This document shows, piece by piece, positions 36,401 through 47,605 of a DNA stretch of 64,000 nt. Within the stretch, counting starts at the first letter, position 1. Every line of letters begins with the position of its first letter. The stretch spans positions 248,001-312,000 of the forward strand of contig QPMI01000519.1 in assembly GCA_004431415.1 (NCBI GenBank). Direction: 5' to 3'. The notes under the pieces were generated by a model. It did no database searches. It had not been told where the DNA came from and saw only the letters and a list, made by a program, of their open reading frames with translations. The stretch is from Cyanophora paradoxa CCMP329 (Eukaryota; Plantae; Glaucophyta). Both the position numbers and the translations under genes were made by a program.

Positions 36401-37356
36401 GGCGCCGCCAAGGACCAGCACCTGCGCGCCGCTGAGGAGGCCGTCTCCCGCGTCGAGCGGGAGCGCGACCGCATGGCCGGGGAGCTGCGGGCGGCGCGCG
36501 ACACGGCGGGGCGCCAGCGGGCGACCTTCGAGGCCGAGCTGCGCGCCGCCGTCGAGCGCGCCTGGGCCGACAGCACCGAGCAGCACCGCGCCTCCGCCGC
36601 CCGCCTCGCCGACGAGAACGCCGCCCTCCGCGTTCGCGCACCCCCGCCCCGCCTCGCGCGTGCCCCCGGACCGAGGCCGTACCCCCGCAGCGGCGCGTGG
36701 ACGAGCTCGCCGTGCTCGCGTCGGCGCCGCGGAGCCCCATGAAGGTGCCACCGCGTACCCCCCTTCCCGCATGCGCTGCGCGGCGTTTGACGCGGGCGGC
36801 GGGGCAGGCGCCGGCGCCGGCGAACGCGGGGGCGGGGCGGGTGGAGTTCGTGTGCGCGAAGTGCAAGATGGACCCCATGCGGCGCGGCACGTACACGCTC
36901 TCCGACGGGCGCTCCCTCGACGACGTTCGTGGCGCCTCAGATCTGAGACGGGGGAGGGGGTACAGCGCGTGCCTGAGAGTCCGTCCAGGTGGAGGACTTG
37001 ATCGGGGCCAAGCTGGCGCTCGCCGAGGCGCACACGGTGCGCGATGCTGCACCTCTCACCGCACCCTCCCCCTCTCACGGGGGTACAGGACCTGCACGAG
37101 CTGCGGAACGCGATGGCGAAGATGAAGCGCCGGTCCAACGCGCTCGAGGACGAGATCCGCAAGGCCAAGGCACGCTCGCTTCCCTTCTGCCCCTGATTTT
37201 GCCCCGGCCGTCCAATTCCGAGTGTACCCGTGCCCGCAGCTGATCCTGGAGACGCACGTGCCGGGGTACAAGTCCTCGGACGAGGGTCTCTTCAGCGACC
37301 TGGGGAAGTGCCTCCCGCTGCTCTCGCAGCCCCCCGCCGACCTCTTCAAGTCGTAG
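33494..37356 (+). CDS. NT-C2 (EEIG1/EHBP1 N-terminal C2) domain protein with Pro/Gln-rich linker and coiled coil
   Basis: MKALGRALKRTLTGKVPMK/YSFNIVL...AVWEETLSVTVTM/FKDQRTHQFTEKEAKISVLAV...VLGSTYLNLAEFV...LLTATIQTWWL is the NT-C2 signature. It is followed by YQPP repeats, a coiled coil and VEDLIGAKLALAEA. TAG at 37354-37356. Confidence 0.88.
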
Positions 37357-38189
37357 CCGCGCCGGCGCCCGCCTTCCCGGCGCCCGCGGCGCGTCGCGCG
37401 CGGCCCTCTGCGGCTGTGGATCCCTCGAGCTGTGCATGTGGCTGCAGTTCTTTTGAGCTCGAGTTATCCAGCTGTCAGGCTGAGAGCTGAGGGCACTGCG
37501 GGCCTGCGGCACCGGGCCGGGGCCCGGGCCAGCGGCTCGAGACTCCATTCACAATTAAAGCCTTGAAGGCCGCCGGCCGCGGCCGGCCGCGGCCGGGGGA
37601 CGTCGACGCAGCTGCATGCGCATGCGTAGGAGGCCGCATAAGCTTAGCTTCGAGCCTTGTTGGGCTGGCCTGATGCATGGGGCTTGGGCTTGGGCTTGCA
37701 ATTGGGGTACAAGGCTCCGATGAGTTTTTTGAAGTGGTTTTTCGGTAAAATTCCGAACAGACACGCGCAGGCTTGTTGGATCGATCGATCGGCGGCAGGA
37801 GCTTGAGCAGCAGCACTGCGACAGCGCCTGCGGTGGCAGCAGTGCATACGCAGCAGCGCAGCGCTGCATCGGTCGAGCTCGAGGCAGTCCGCGGCCGTAA
37901 AATTGACCCAGGGGCGCGCCATATATACCGTACGCGTCGACGATCCTCGCCGGATCGTCGCCATGGAGCAGCCGGCGTTGCATTCCATCATCGGCGTCAG
38001 GTTCCTGCGCGTGGCCAAGCTCGTTGTCCGCCTCCTGAGGCTCCGCGCCGCGGCCGCGGCCGCCGGCCGCGGTGCCATACGCATCGGCAAGCGTGCGTAC
38101 TCGTACAGTAGGATAGCAGCTGCAAGATCCAAGGCGCCGGCATGCGCAGCCGCGGCCGTACACGTGCCGCCCCGCGCGGTACCGGTCGC

Positions 38190-38715
38190 GCGGGTCCCGG
38201 CCCCGATCTCCGCGTGCATCCGCGCTACCCCGGCGCTCCGCTCGATCGTGCAGAAGATCGCCCTCGCGGGCGGCCTCCCCGAGGAGCGGCGACCTGGTGG
38301 TGCAGGCGTACGAGCGCCGGAGCGGCGAGCTGGCGGCGCGGGAGGCGATCTACCTGCTGCGGCACGAGAACTGCGAGCGCTTCCTCAAGGACGCGGGGCC
38401 CATGCGGGAGCTCGCCGCCCTCGCGGAGGCGATCGACGCGGACGAGGCATCGCAGCGGCACCTCGCGGCGCTGGACGAGATCTGGGCGATGGCCTTCGAG
38501 CGCAACCCCAAGGGCTCCAGCACGTACTACCGCCTCCTCGAGCGGCCCATGTCGATCGCCACCACTGCGGTACGCCCGCTGCCCTTGATCCCCGCACGCG
38601 CACCCATGCGCCTCGCGATCGTCCCCGCCTCGAGCTCATGATCACGCCCCGCCTCACGCCCCGAGCACGCGCAGGTCATGTTTTTGTACCATTAATTAGG
38701 CTCTCAAAATCTTAA
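38190..38715 (+). pseudogene. Frameshifted coding-like fragment of unknown origin
   Basis: Codon-biased PAPISACIRATPALRSIVQKIALAGGLPEE continues only after a frame change near 38290 as DLVVQAYERRSGELAAREAIYLLRHENCERFLKD...TYYRLLERP. No clear start; sits in repeat-like intergenic DNA. Confidence 0.35.
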
Positions 38716-38962
38716 TCCTAAGCGTTTTTCTCTTGATCATGAGCTTAAGGTTGCAATTGTATTAGCTATCATACTATGATAGTATAGGAATAATACATAT
38801 AGCTAGTGCTGCCAGGATGTACAGCCTAGGCCTCGTAGGCCGATGGTTCCGGCTTAAAGAGCCGCTTGCGTGTATACGTATATCATGATCATATGCATGA
38901 TCATCGTAAATGATCGAACCTGCTGATTTCACATGCGCAGCTGCAGTCTTGACGCTAATATA

Positions 38963-41443
38963 TTTTTTTCAGGATAGCCCAATTCTTGGGCGATGATGTT
39001 ATTTTCAGTTAGCTAACCGTTGAACTTCATCGTATGCACTACCGGTTCGGACTGGGCCGAACTCTGGGTCAGCTCATGACCTGTGGCCGGTACACAGGGA
39101 TAGGCGCTTCGACGCTAACTCTAAGCGTTCAGTGTGGCCTTGGGGGAGAGCTTGGGCGGGGTGTCCTTCTTGGGCTCGCGTTGGCGGTACGTAGTCGGTA
39201 GGGGGGGTGGGGGGGTGGGGTGGGGTGGGGGGTAGTACAGGCCTAGGGCGGTTGCACATCCCCCTATCTTTGGGCGTGAGGGCGCGGGGCGGGTGTCCCG
39301 GGGAGCCGGGATGGGGCGAGGTACGTAGGGGAGGGGTGAGCACAGGCTAGGTGGGGGCCCAGCTGGGCCGGGGCTAAGGTGCGGGGCGAGTGGCGGGGGT
39401 GGCCTGATCGGGGTCGTGAGCGCGCGCCTGGCATTGCTTCACAGAGCATACAGGACAGCTGTGAGTCTCGCCCGTGAGGGGAGCAAGGCCTTGAGGCCGC
39501 TCAGGTAAGAAGAAATGACTAAAGGAAAGAAAGAAAGAAAGGGGTGGCCGGGGGCCCCAACTCTAGGAGGGTCCTAGAGAGTCTACGCCGCTGCGTTGTC
39601 CGCCGCCGCGGCGCGGCGGCCGGCGAGCTAGGCCTCTACGGCGGCGGGGCCGCCGATGGCCGCCGTGAGCTCGGTGAGGAGCTTCTGGGTGGCCTGGTAG
39701 TTGGCGAGCGTGATGTTGGCCGGGGCGGGGCCGGGGGCGGGGCCGGGCCCGGGGCGGGCGCGGGGGCGGCGATCGGCGCGGGGGCGGCGGCGGCGGCTGC
39801 CGCGGCAGCGGCGGCGGCGGGGTGGGGCGCGGGGGCAGCCGGGGCGGCGGGGGCGGCGGCGCCGCCCTTGTTCTTCTTGCGCGCGTCGGGCCCGAGGCGC
39901 TCGGCCGCGCGCTGGCGGGACTTAATTTAGCTTGGCTGCGGCTGCGATCTTGGCGGCCTCCTCGTTGGTATACAGCTTCTACATATGCTTATGCATATGA
40001 TCATGAGCTCAATTGCAAGGGCCTGGCGATGCGCTTGCGCGCATGGAGTATATATATATGGGCCGGCTGTCCTGGTTCCCTTGTTTAGAAATTTGCATAA
40101 TGGATGCTTCAGGCCTGTGCACTGGCATGCAAGTTCTAGCTCGAGCGTGAGGAGGGTGCCCAGCTCCCTCGTGCAGTTAAAAGCTTTCGAATTGCTCCCC
40201 TAGGGGGCCAAGGACGTCCCAGAGCAGACGGGGGCCGACTTATTCGTGTGTATATCGATATCGCAGGCGCCCCCCAAGCTCGCCGACCGTATAGGAGGCT
40301 TGCATCGAGGGGGTGTCAAGGGGACCAGTCGTCTCGTGGGAGAGGGACTCGGGACCGGCGGGCATGAGGGGCGGGCGGCGCGGGGCCTGGCAGCGACCGC
40401 CGGGACGACTGGGAAGACTTCGACGGAGCCCGGGGATTCCGGGTCCGATAGTGGGCGAGCGTCATCCGGCTCGGACCCCACGAGGGCGGGTCCCGGCGAG
40501 GCCGGGCCCTGAGGCAGGCGAGCGCCGTCTGGCTCAGACCCCGCGGTGGTAGCTGGGCGAGCGTTTGAGTGCTCATGCGCCCGGGTATGCGTGGGGGTCG
40601 TCGGCTTGCATGCCGGCGCCAGCGGCGCCAGCAGAGGCGGCGTCGCAGCGGGGCGGGGAGCGGGGCGCACCGCCGCGTCTTGGGGCGTTTGCTCCGCGTC
40701 CCGCCAGAGGCCTGCGAGCGTCGCGCACGCGTCACGGAGAGCCAAGTGAGCGGGGGGATGCGGCCCCGTGGTTCTTGAGTGTCGTGCTGGCGCGGGCGGC
40801 CTCGCGCACGGGTCGCTGGCGTCGGCATGCTCTGTGGCAGTACGGGGCCGGCGTCAAAGTTCGTGGAGGAGGGGCGCGGGCGGAGGGCGTGAGCGACGGG
40901 CGCGGGGAGGGTCCCGCATGATCGGCGGCAGCGGAGCCGGGTGCGTTGGCGGAGCCGCGCGTCCGACTGCCGGAGTCGAGTCGAGTTGTGCGTCGTGCGC
41001 TGTAGACGTGAGCTCAGGCGAGCCGCGCATGCGCGGGTGGCAGGCGTTGGCGGGAAGGCGGGCGGAGCGAGGACGGGAGCTTAAATGAGCGTATGTTGGC
41101 TCTAGATGTGGTGTGGCGTCTCTCGGGCGCGCTCGGAGCGGCAGGAGAAGGCGGCGGGGATCGGCCCGTTTAAACACGTTACCGCGGGAGCTGGCGCGAG
41201 TCGCGGCGCCACCAGGGGCGCAACTGCTCTTCTAGATGTCTGTGGTGTCGCTGCGGCTGCCGTTGCCCGCCCGGCTGACCTGCTTTGCGCGTTCGGGCCG
41301 TGCTGGTCGTAGGGCGTCGGCGCCGCGAGTTTTGGGACCGGCCACGTGCAGTGCTAACAGGCACCCGCGTTAGGGAAGCCCCACTGCGCCGGCTTACTCG
41401 CTCGCGGGCCTTCGCGCAATTTTCCGGGGTACCGGAATCTCTC
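38963..41443 (-). mobile_element. Putative non-autonomous non-LTR retroposon insertion (A-tail plus 15-bp target-site duplication)
   Basis: cttgacgctaatata occurs at 38948-38962 and again at 41444-41458. A T7 run (minus-strand A-tail) directly abuts the left copy. The 3' end is hairpin-rich. No RT or endonuclease motifs seen. Confidence 0.65.
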
Positions 41444-41458
41444 CTTGACGCTAATATA

Positions 41459-43101
41459 TATATAATCAGATTTTCTAGATCTCTCCGAGTCTCTGCGTCC
41501 CCGGTCTCTTTGCATCTGCATCCACTTTCCCGGATCCGCTTGCAGGCCCCCTCGCCTCCAGAGCTCGCCATCACTTCGGCCTCCCTCGCCTCCGCTCTCG
41601 ATTCTCCATACCCTTCGAATAGCCGCCTTCTCTCTCCTCCTCCGCCCTCCCTCCCCCCTCGAGCTCCGGGTCCTCGGCCTCTGCCCGCTTCCGAGTGTTG
41701 GCGAGACTGTCCTCTTTTCGGTCTCCCCGTCATTCCGGCTCCCTGCTCCCCTTCGGCGCCTCGGGTCCCATATGCGGGTCCTATCCCGCTTCCTGGCGCT
41801 CGTGAGATTCGCCGCCGGCGCCCTCGTCGGGCCCTTGCGCCCTCGAGCTCGTCTCTCTCTGCGCCGCCCATGGCCATGACCTCCGTGTCATCTGATCCGG
41901 CGCCACCCGACCTTTCTCCAGCTTCGCTGCCCTCTCTTCGGCGCCGGCAGCGATCCCCGTCACCTGCTCGCGGCCCTTCCCCTGCCTCCGACCCTTCCTC
42001 GGCCCCCTCCTCGCCTAGGCCTCTTCCGTCTCGTCGGCCCCCGCCGCATTCCCGTCGGCGGATCTCTCGATCGACCCTGGACTCTCCGCCTGCCACTGTC
42101 TGCGGGGTACCTCCGCCGCCGTGTTCGGCGCCGGCTGTCAGTACTTTGCTCGGTAGCTCCCCCGTCGTGGCTCCTCGGGGGCCTCTTCGTCGTCGTCGTT
42201 CGCTGGGTTCCGGCTCCGGGTCAGATTTCTCGCCGGGCTTACCTTCTCCTGGCTCTGCTCCTGGGCCCTCAGCTCCGGGACCGGCTTCCCCGATCTCCTC
42301 CCGGACTCGTGGTCGTACCCGTCGCCGGCTTGCCGAGCCTGCGGCTCCTTCTACTTCCCCCCGGCGGTTTGCCGGGCCGGACCCTCCGGCCTTTGTTCTT
42401 GATACCGGACTGCCGCCTTTGCCTTCGTCTTCTGCTTCGCTGGTCGCGATCGTATCCCGCCGGCGCCGGCGTACTTCTTCGTCTTCTAGTTTAGTTCGGT
42501 CTGGTTCGGATTCTGATCGTAGTGTTGATGCTAGAGTTAGTTTCAATACTAGCTATAGTCCTCGTGCTCGACCTGTTGTTCGCCGTCGTTTGCAGTTCGA
42601 TTGCCCGCCTCGACCCTGGCCGGCTTTAGTGATTCCTTTGACTGTCCTTTTGCCTGCTCTTGATCCGCCTGCTCCGCCTCCTGTGTCCTCCTCGACCTCG
42701 TGCCGTAGCTCTGCCCTTTCGCATCGTCCTGCTTCGCCTCCGCCTCCATGTCGTCTTGTTGTTCCTCTTACTTGTCTTCTTCCTGTTATTTATCTTTCTC
42801 AATTTTGTCCCCCGCTTCTTAGTGATGTAATTCCTTCTGATATTGATGGTATCTCTAGCTCTGGCTCTTCTTCGTGTCAGTTATCCTCTGTCCCTAGATC
42901 TGCTCGATTTATCGTCTCTTCTCGCTATCGATCTGTCTCGAGCTCTGTGTCTTTCCTTTTTTATTGTCGATTTTGGCTCTTTGTCTTATCTTTCTTCGTG
43001 CTCTTGTCTTAGTTATTTTGCTTTTTTGTCTTTATGCCCCCTGGGCAGCCCCCGCAGTGCTGGTGTCTAGAGACTGTGGCCGGTAATTCACCAAAAAAAA
43101 A
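41459..43101 (+). mobile_element. Putative second retroposon-like element, A-poor and pyrimidine-rich, ending in A9
   Basis: Intronless, strongly strand-biased C/T-rich sequence unlike host genes. Ends ggcagccc...gtgctgg...tgtggccggtaattcacc-AAAAAAAAA (A run 43093-43101). No TSD identified. Confidence 0.45.
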
Positions 43102-43291
43102 CTCTGCAGCTGTGGCATTAAATATTTGCGCATGCAGTGCAGCTGGGCGCCGGGGCCTCGGATGAGCCCCCCAGGGCCTGGCCCCGAGCCTCGGAGGATC
43201 GGACCGGAGTACTCGTGAACTGCTGCTTGCAGTTTGCTTACAAATCACCTCGCGTGGCCTACCGTTATAATTACCGGCTGGGCGGCGGCGG

Positions 43292-44335
43292 CTAGAAAAC
43301 GTAGCGCTCGAGCTCAAGCTCGGCGAGCGGGTCACCCTCGCCCTCCATCTCCATCAGGGCGCCAAGCGCCGGGCTGGCCAGCGCCGTCGGCGTCGCGGCG
43401 GGGCTCGCGAGCGGGAAAGGCGCCGGCGTCGCACCCGCGCAGTCCGGCCGCGGGCTGCTCGGCACGCTGCGCACCGGTACGGTACGGTGGCGGCCAATAA
43501 TTATGATCAAGTGGGGCGCGATGCATTTGAAGGGAAACAATTGATACGTATACTCGCGGTTGATCGTTATATTTAGCGGGCTCTGCGCGCGCCGCGGTAC
43601 TTGGGACCCGGGATCCGCGCGCGAAAATTGATGTTTGCGTCGAAAGCTCAACTTAGCTTAACTTAGTAAGCTTTTAAGGCCAGCGTTAGCGCTACAGTTA
43701 ACGTTCGGACCTGTCGGCAAAGCCCGGGTGCGAGATATCAAACATGCGCTCGGGGAGGACGAAGGGGTTCCAAACACAGCACGGATCTGCGCATGCCGCA
43801 AAATCGTCGGGATCAATATCAGCGCGAGCGCAAAATTCAGATGATTTTCGAAACCATAAGGCACCTCCCAGCTCCCAGCTGCGCGAAATATCGTAAGCCG
43901 AGGCCCAAGATTCATTTCAAAACCTTGTACGCACCCGTTCGAGTAGCCGTCGCCATCCGAATCCTTTTCGCACAGCTCCTTTGTCCACTTGTGACCCGCA
44001 CGCGCGAAATCCTCGCCGAAGACGTTTCGCGGGCCGCCGCCGAGCTTTCGAATTCACGCGCCTCAAAAGAGATTGCGCAACGCGTACGCGTTAAAGGTTG
44101 TTTCGCGCGCTTTCGCGCGCACCGCGTTCTCGTGCCCCACGCCGATCCAGGGAAGGCCGCCGCGCTTCACGAGGATGCCGTTCGGGATCAACGAAAGGTA
44201 CCTGCGCCGACCCGTGCTCGCTCGCGATCGCAAAAGTCGCGTGCGTGGCGGGGCGACGGGCGCGCACATCGGAAACGCGGAGACGTTCAAGAAGACGCTG
44301 AGGAGCAGGATTACCGCAGCGGTTCCGCGAGGCAT
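43292..44335 (-). CDS. Secreted temptin-like protein
   Basis: Signal peptide MPRGTAAVILLLSVFLNVSA. Then FPMYLSLIPNG...PWIGVGHEN/GGGPRNVFGEDFARAGHKWTKELCEKDSDGDGYSNG/WELG/DPCCVW...ISHPG, which is the temptin-family signature. Includes a 14-nt exon at 43865-43878. Last exon ends ERYVF*. Confidence 0.9.
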
Positions 44336-44598
44336 GGCCCGGCTGTTCAACGGTTGATTGTGTTTGTCTAAATTTGAGGGCGCTTCGAATTCCTTCTCTC
44401 CCTCTCCCTCCTATTTTCCTCTTTAGATTTAGTTCTCTCCTTTCAACGGTTATCTGACCCCACTCGCCCCCTGTTTCCCGCCGGCGCCGCCCTCCCCGCC
44501 CTTTCCGAGTCCTCTCTCGTCGACTTCTCCTTCGTCCTATCGTCGCTCGCGCATTTCGCAGAGCGGCGAGGCGCGGGAGGGATCGCGAGGAGGGGGGC

Positions 44599-47448
44599 CT
44601 AGAAGGGCCCGAAGCCGTCCCCCTCTGAGCCGTCGTCGTCGTCGTCGTCGGAGGCCGAGGCGGCCCGCACGGGCGGCCCCACGCCCCCCTCCGCGAACTC
44701 CACCAGCAGCCCGGGCCGCCCCTCCTGCAGCGTGAAACTGCACCCGTCCAGTGAGAAGGGCTGGAGATGGGAGAAGAGGAGAAAGGAGAGTACCGGAGGG
44801 ACTCCTGCTCCGCTTCATCCAGAGCCGCCGCAGCCGCGCCGGCCACCCGCAGCCGCTGCCCGCCGCTTTCATTTCAGCGGCGCGAGAGCAATTGCAAAAG
44901 GGACCCGGCGGGACTAGAGCGCGAGCGCGCGCCTTCAGGGAGGGCATGGCGAGGATCGCGAAGGCGGCCTCTGGGAGGGGTACGGGGCTCGCGACGGCGA
45001 GCCGCTCGAGCCGGGGTACGTCCTGCAGGGACGGGCCCGGGGTATCAATGTGGGATCGGAGACACGGAGGGAGGAATGAAGGGGTACACAGGGGCGCGGC
45101 ACCATCGCGAGGCGCTCGAGGATCGAGCAGGGGATTGGGGGGTGCTCGGGCGCACAGGCAAGCGTGACCCTGGGCGAGCCGGCGTGGGGGGTACAGGAGG
45201 AGCAGAACGGGGCGCGGATGCGGGGCGCTCACGTGCGGAGGGCGCCCCAGGCGGCGAGGGAGGTACCCGCCAGCGCCTCCAGGGCCCCCGGCGTCAGGTC
45301 CAGGTGCACAGCCTGGGAGCAGGGCGATCGGCGATGAGCAGAGAAGACAGGGACGAGAGCAGGCGTGCAAGGGACAAGAGAGCGGCGGGGCGGACCTGGA
45401 GGCTGCGGAGGGAGGGGAGGGTGGCGCAGAGGGCGCGCAGGGCCGCCTCCGAGGGCGCCGGCTGGCTCACCACCACCGCCTTCAGCGTCCCCGCCCCCTG
45501 CGACAGTGCGAGCGCAGCGCTCTGCGGCGCTCCTCCGGGGGTGGGGGTGCAGCAGCGCGGCGCACGGCGGCGAGCGGGCCGACGTCCGTGTCCTCGCAGA
45601 GGTTCACGCTGGCCTGCGGGGGAGGGGGGTACAGCCGAGTCAGGGGGTACGGCGCTCCGGTGTCGGGCGCGGGGCGCGGGCCTGCTCGAGGCGGGGCATG
45701 GAGCGGAGGAACGAGACGCCCTCGAGGTCGCACGCGAACGCGAAGCCTGCGGGGGGTGGGGGGGTGGGTGGGGGGTGGGGGGGGGGGAGGGAGGGAAAGA
45801 GGTCAGCTAGGGGGTAGGGGAGCCGGAGGGGGGTACGGCACTCTTCAGGTTGACGAGCTGCGCGAAGGGCTCCAGGTGGAAGCTGCCCGCCGTCGGCGCG
45901 ACTGGAGGGGCGTTAGGGGGGTATGGGGCCTCGGGGGGAGGGGTACGCGCCCTGGAGTTATCGATGTGTGGGGAGGGGGGCAAGGACGGCGGGGTACGGG
46001 GTAAGGAGGCCTGTCGGGCGCGGGGAAAGGGGAACAAAACGGAGACTCGCCTGCTCGCCCGTCTCCGGCTGCCGGACCGGGTGAGTGAAGCGCAGTCCCC
46101 AGAGAAGTGGGGGGAGGACGGGGGTTACGGCACCTCGAAGAACTCGACGTCGAGCCTCTCGAGCGCCGTGAACTTCGAGAGGGACGCGATCGTTGCGATC
46201 TCCTCCTCCTGGGGGTACGGGGTTGACGGAAGCGGTACGGGGCTCGGGTGGGGTGCGCACGTCGCCGTCGTGGTAGACTGAGAACTGGAGGACGCGGAGG
46301 GTACAGGGGAGGCTAGTGGAGCGCTCCAGGGTCTGCTGCGTTGTCAGAGCCGGGGCGGAACGGGGGCGGTGGGGGTATGTGCGCGCCTGGAGCTGGGCGA
46401 CGGTGAGTGGAAAGTGGACGAGTTCGAGGGTCTGGAGGGCGGGGGACAGGGACAGCAGGCCCAGGGAGGCCTGCGGGGGCATCGGAATGCCGGCCGGGGT
46501 ACGCGGCAGGGAGAGGGGATGAGGCGGCGGGCCTGGAGGAGGGGGGAGCAGAAGGCCTCGGGGTAGTCCGTCAGCCTGGCAGGGGCAAGGGTTGGATTGG
46601 GCAGGGGATGGGGCTGGGGGAGGGTACGGACCGATCATAAGTCGTGCCGAGGTGGAGGTAGCGGAGCAGGGGGAAGTGGCGCAGGACGGGTACGGCGTCC
46701 AGGGGCATGCGGGAGGGCGGGGAATCCAAGGAGAGGTACAGGTGCTCGAGGGAGGGGCGGAATGCGGCGTGCAGGCGCCGGAGGGCGTCGTAGCTCATCC
46801 CGCGCCGCCCGCAGCGGATGCGTACCCCCTGCACGGCCTGGCGCGTCCGGGGCGGGAGGGATGCGAGCCGCGAGACGGCTGCGTCGCTCGGGCGCGGCAG
46901 GGCGAGCCTGCGCGGCGGTCATCGCTTGAGTTCCAGCGCGCACAGCGTCCGGCGCACCGCTCCCAGAGCGGCGGCTCCATCGCGAGCGCGCGGAAGCGCT
47001 GCGAGACGTGCGAGAGGCGGAGCAGCGCCTCGGGGCGCACGAGCACGTCCTCCTCGCGCGCGCCCGCCTCCTCCGCCTCATCCTCAGCGTCGCTATCGCT
47101 GTCGCTGCTCTCGCCGCTCGCGCTGCTGCGGCTGCTGCTCGTGTCGCTCCCGGGCCGCTTCCGCCTCGCGCCGGGGACCGGCCGCGCTGCGTAGAAGAGG
47201 ATGCGGCACACGAGCGGGTCCGGCAGCACATCAAACGGGCTCTCTCCGCCAGCGATCGCCTCCGCTACGCTACCCGGCGCAAGCTGCGGCGCGCTCGGGC
47301 CCTCCGCGTCGCCGGTCAGGAAGCGCCACACGCCCGTCTCTCGTTTGGGAAGTCCAATCGATACTCCGCCTCGCACTCGAATAGTCTGCGGCTCCGCTTG
47401 GCCCCGAGCACGCGCGCGCCGCGCCCGGGCGCCGGGCGGGCCCGTCAT
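44599..47448 (-). CDS. F-box/LRR-like protein, spliced
   Basis: F-box SPFDVLPDPLVCRILFYA...LLRLSHVSQRFRALAMEPPLWE. LRR-like repeats SLEHLYLSL, FPLLRYLHL, PALQTLELVHF, LPSLRSL and PRLERLAV. Last exon FTLQEG...DDDDGSEGDGFGPF*. Confidence 0.85.
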
Positions 47449-47605
47449 GCCACGTATATACGGCACTGTGCTACGTACACCGGTACGCAACGACGCTGCA
47501 GCCGCGATGTGCCAGAGAGTGTACGTGTACCCCCACTCAAAGAAGCTCTGAAGCTGCTCTGAATTCGAAGCTCAGAAGCTGAGAAGCTCAGAACTCGAAC
47601 GCGCA

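Noticed and set aside
41285-43012. 575-aa plus-strand ORF (and 455-aa antisense ORF) as a real gene
   Set aside because: The translation is low-complexity Ser/Pro/Arg with no motifs and no introns. The plus strand is A-poor, so stop codons are rare by composition. The ORF also crosses the TSD boundary.
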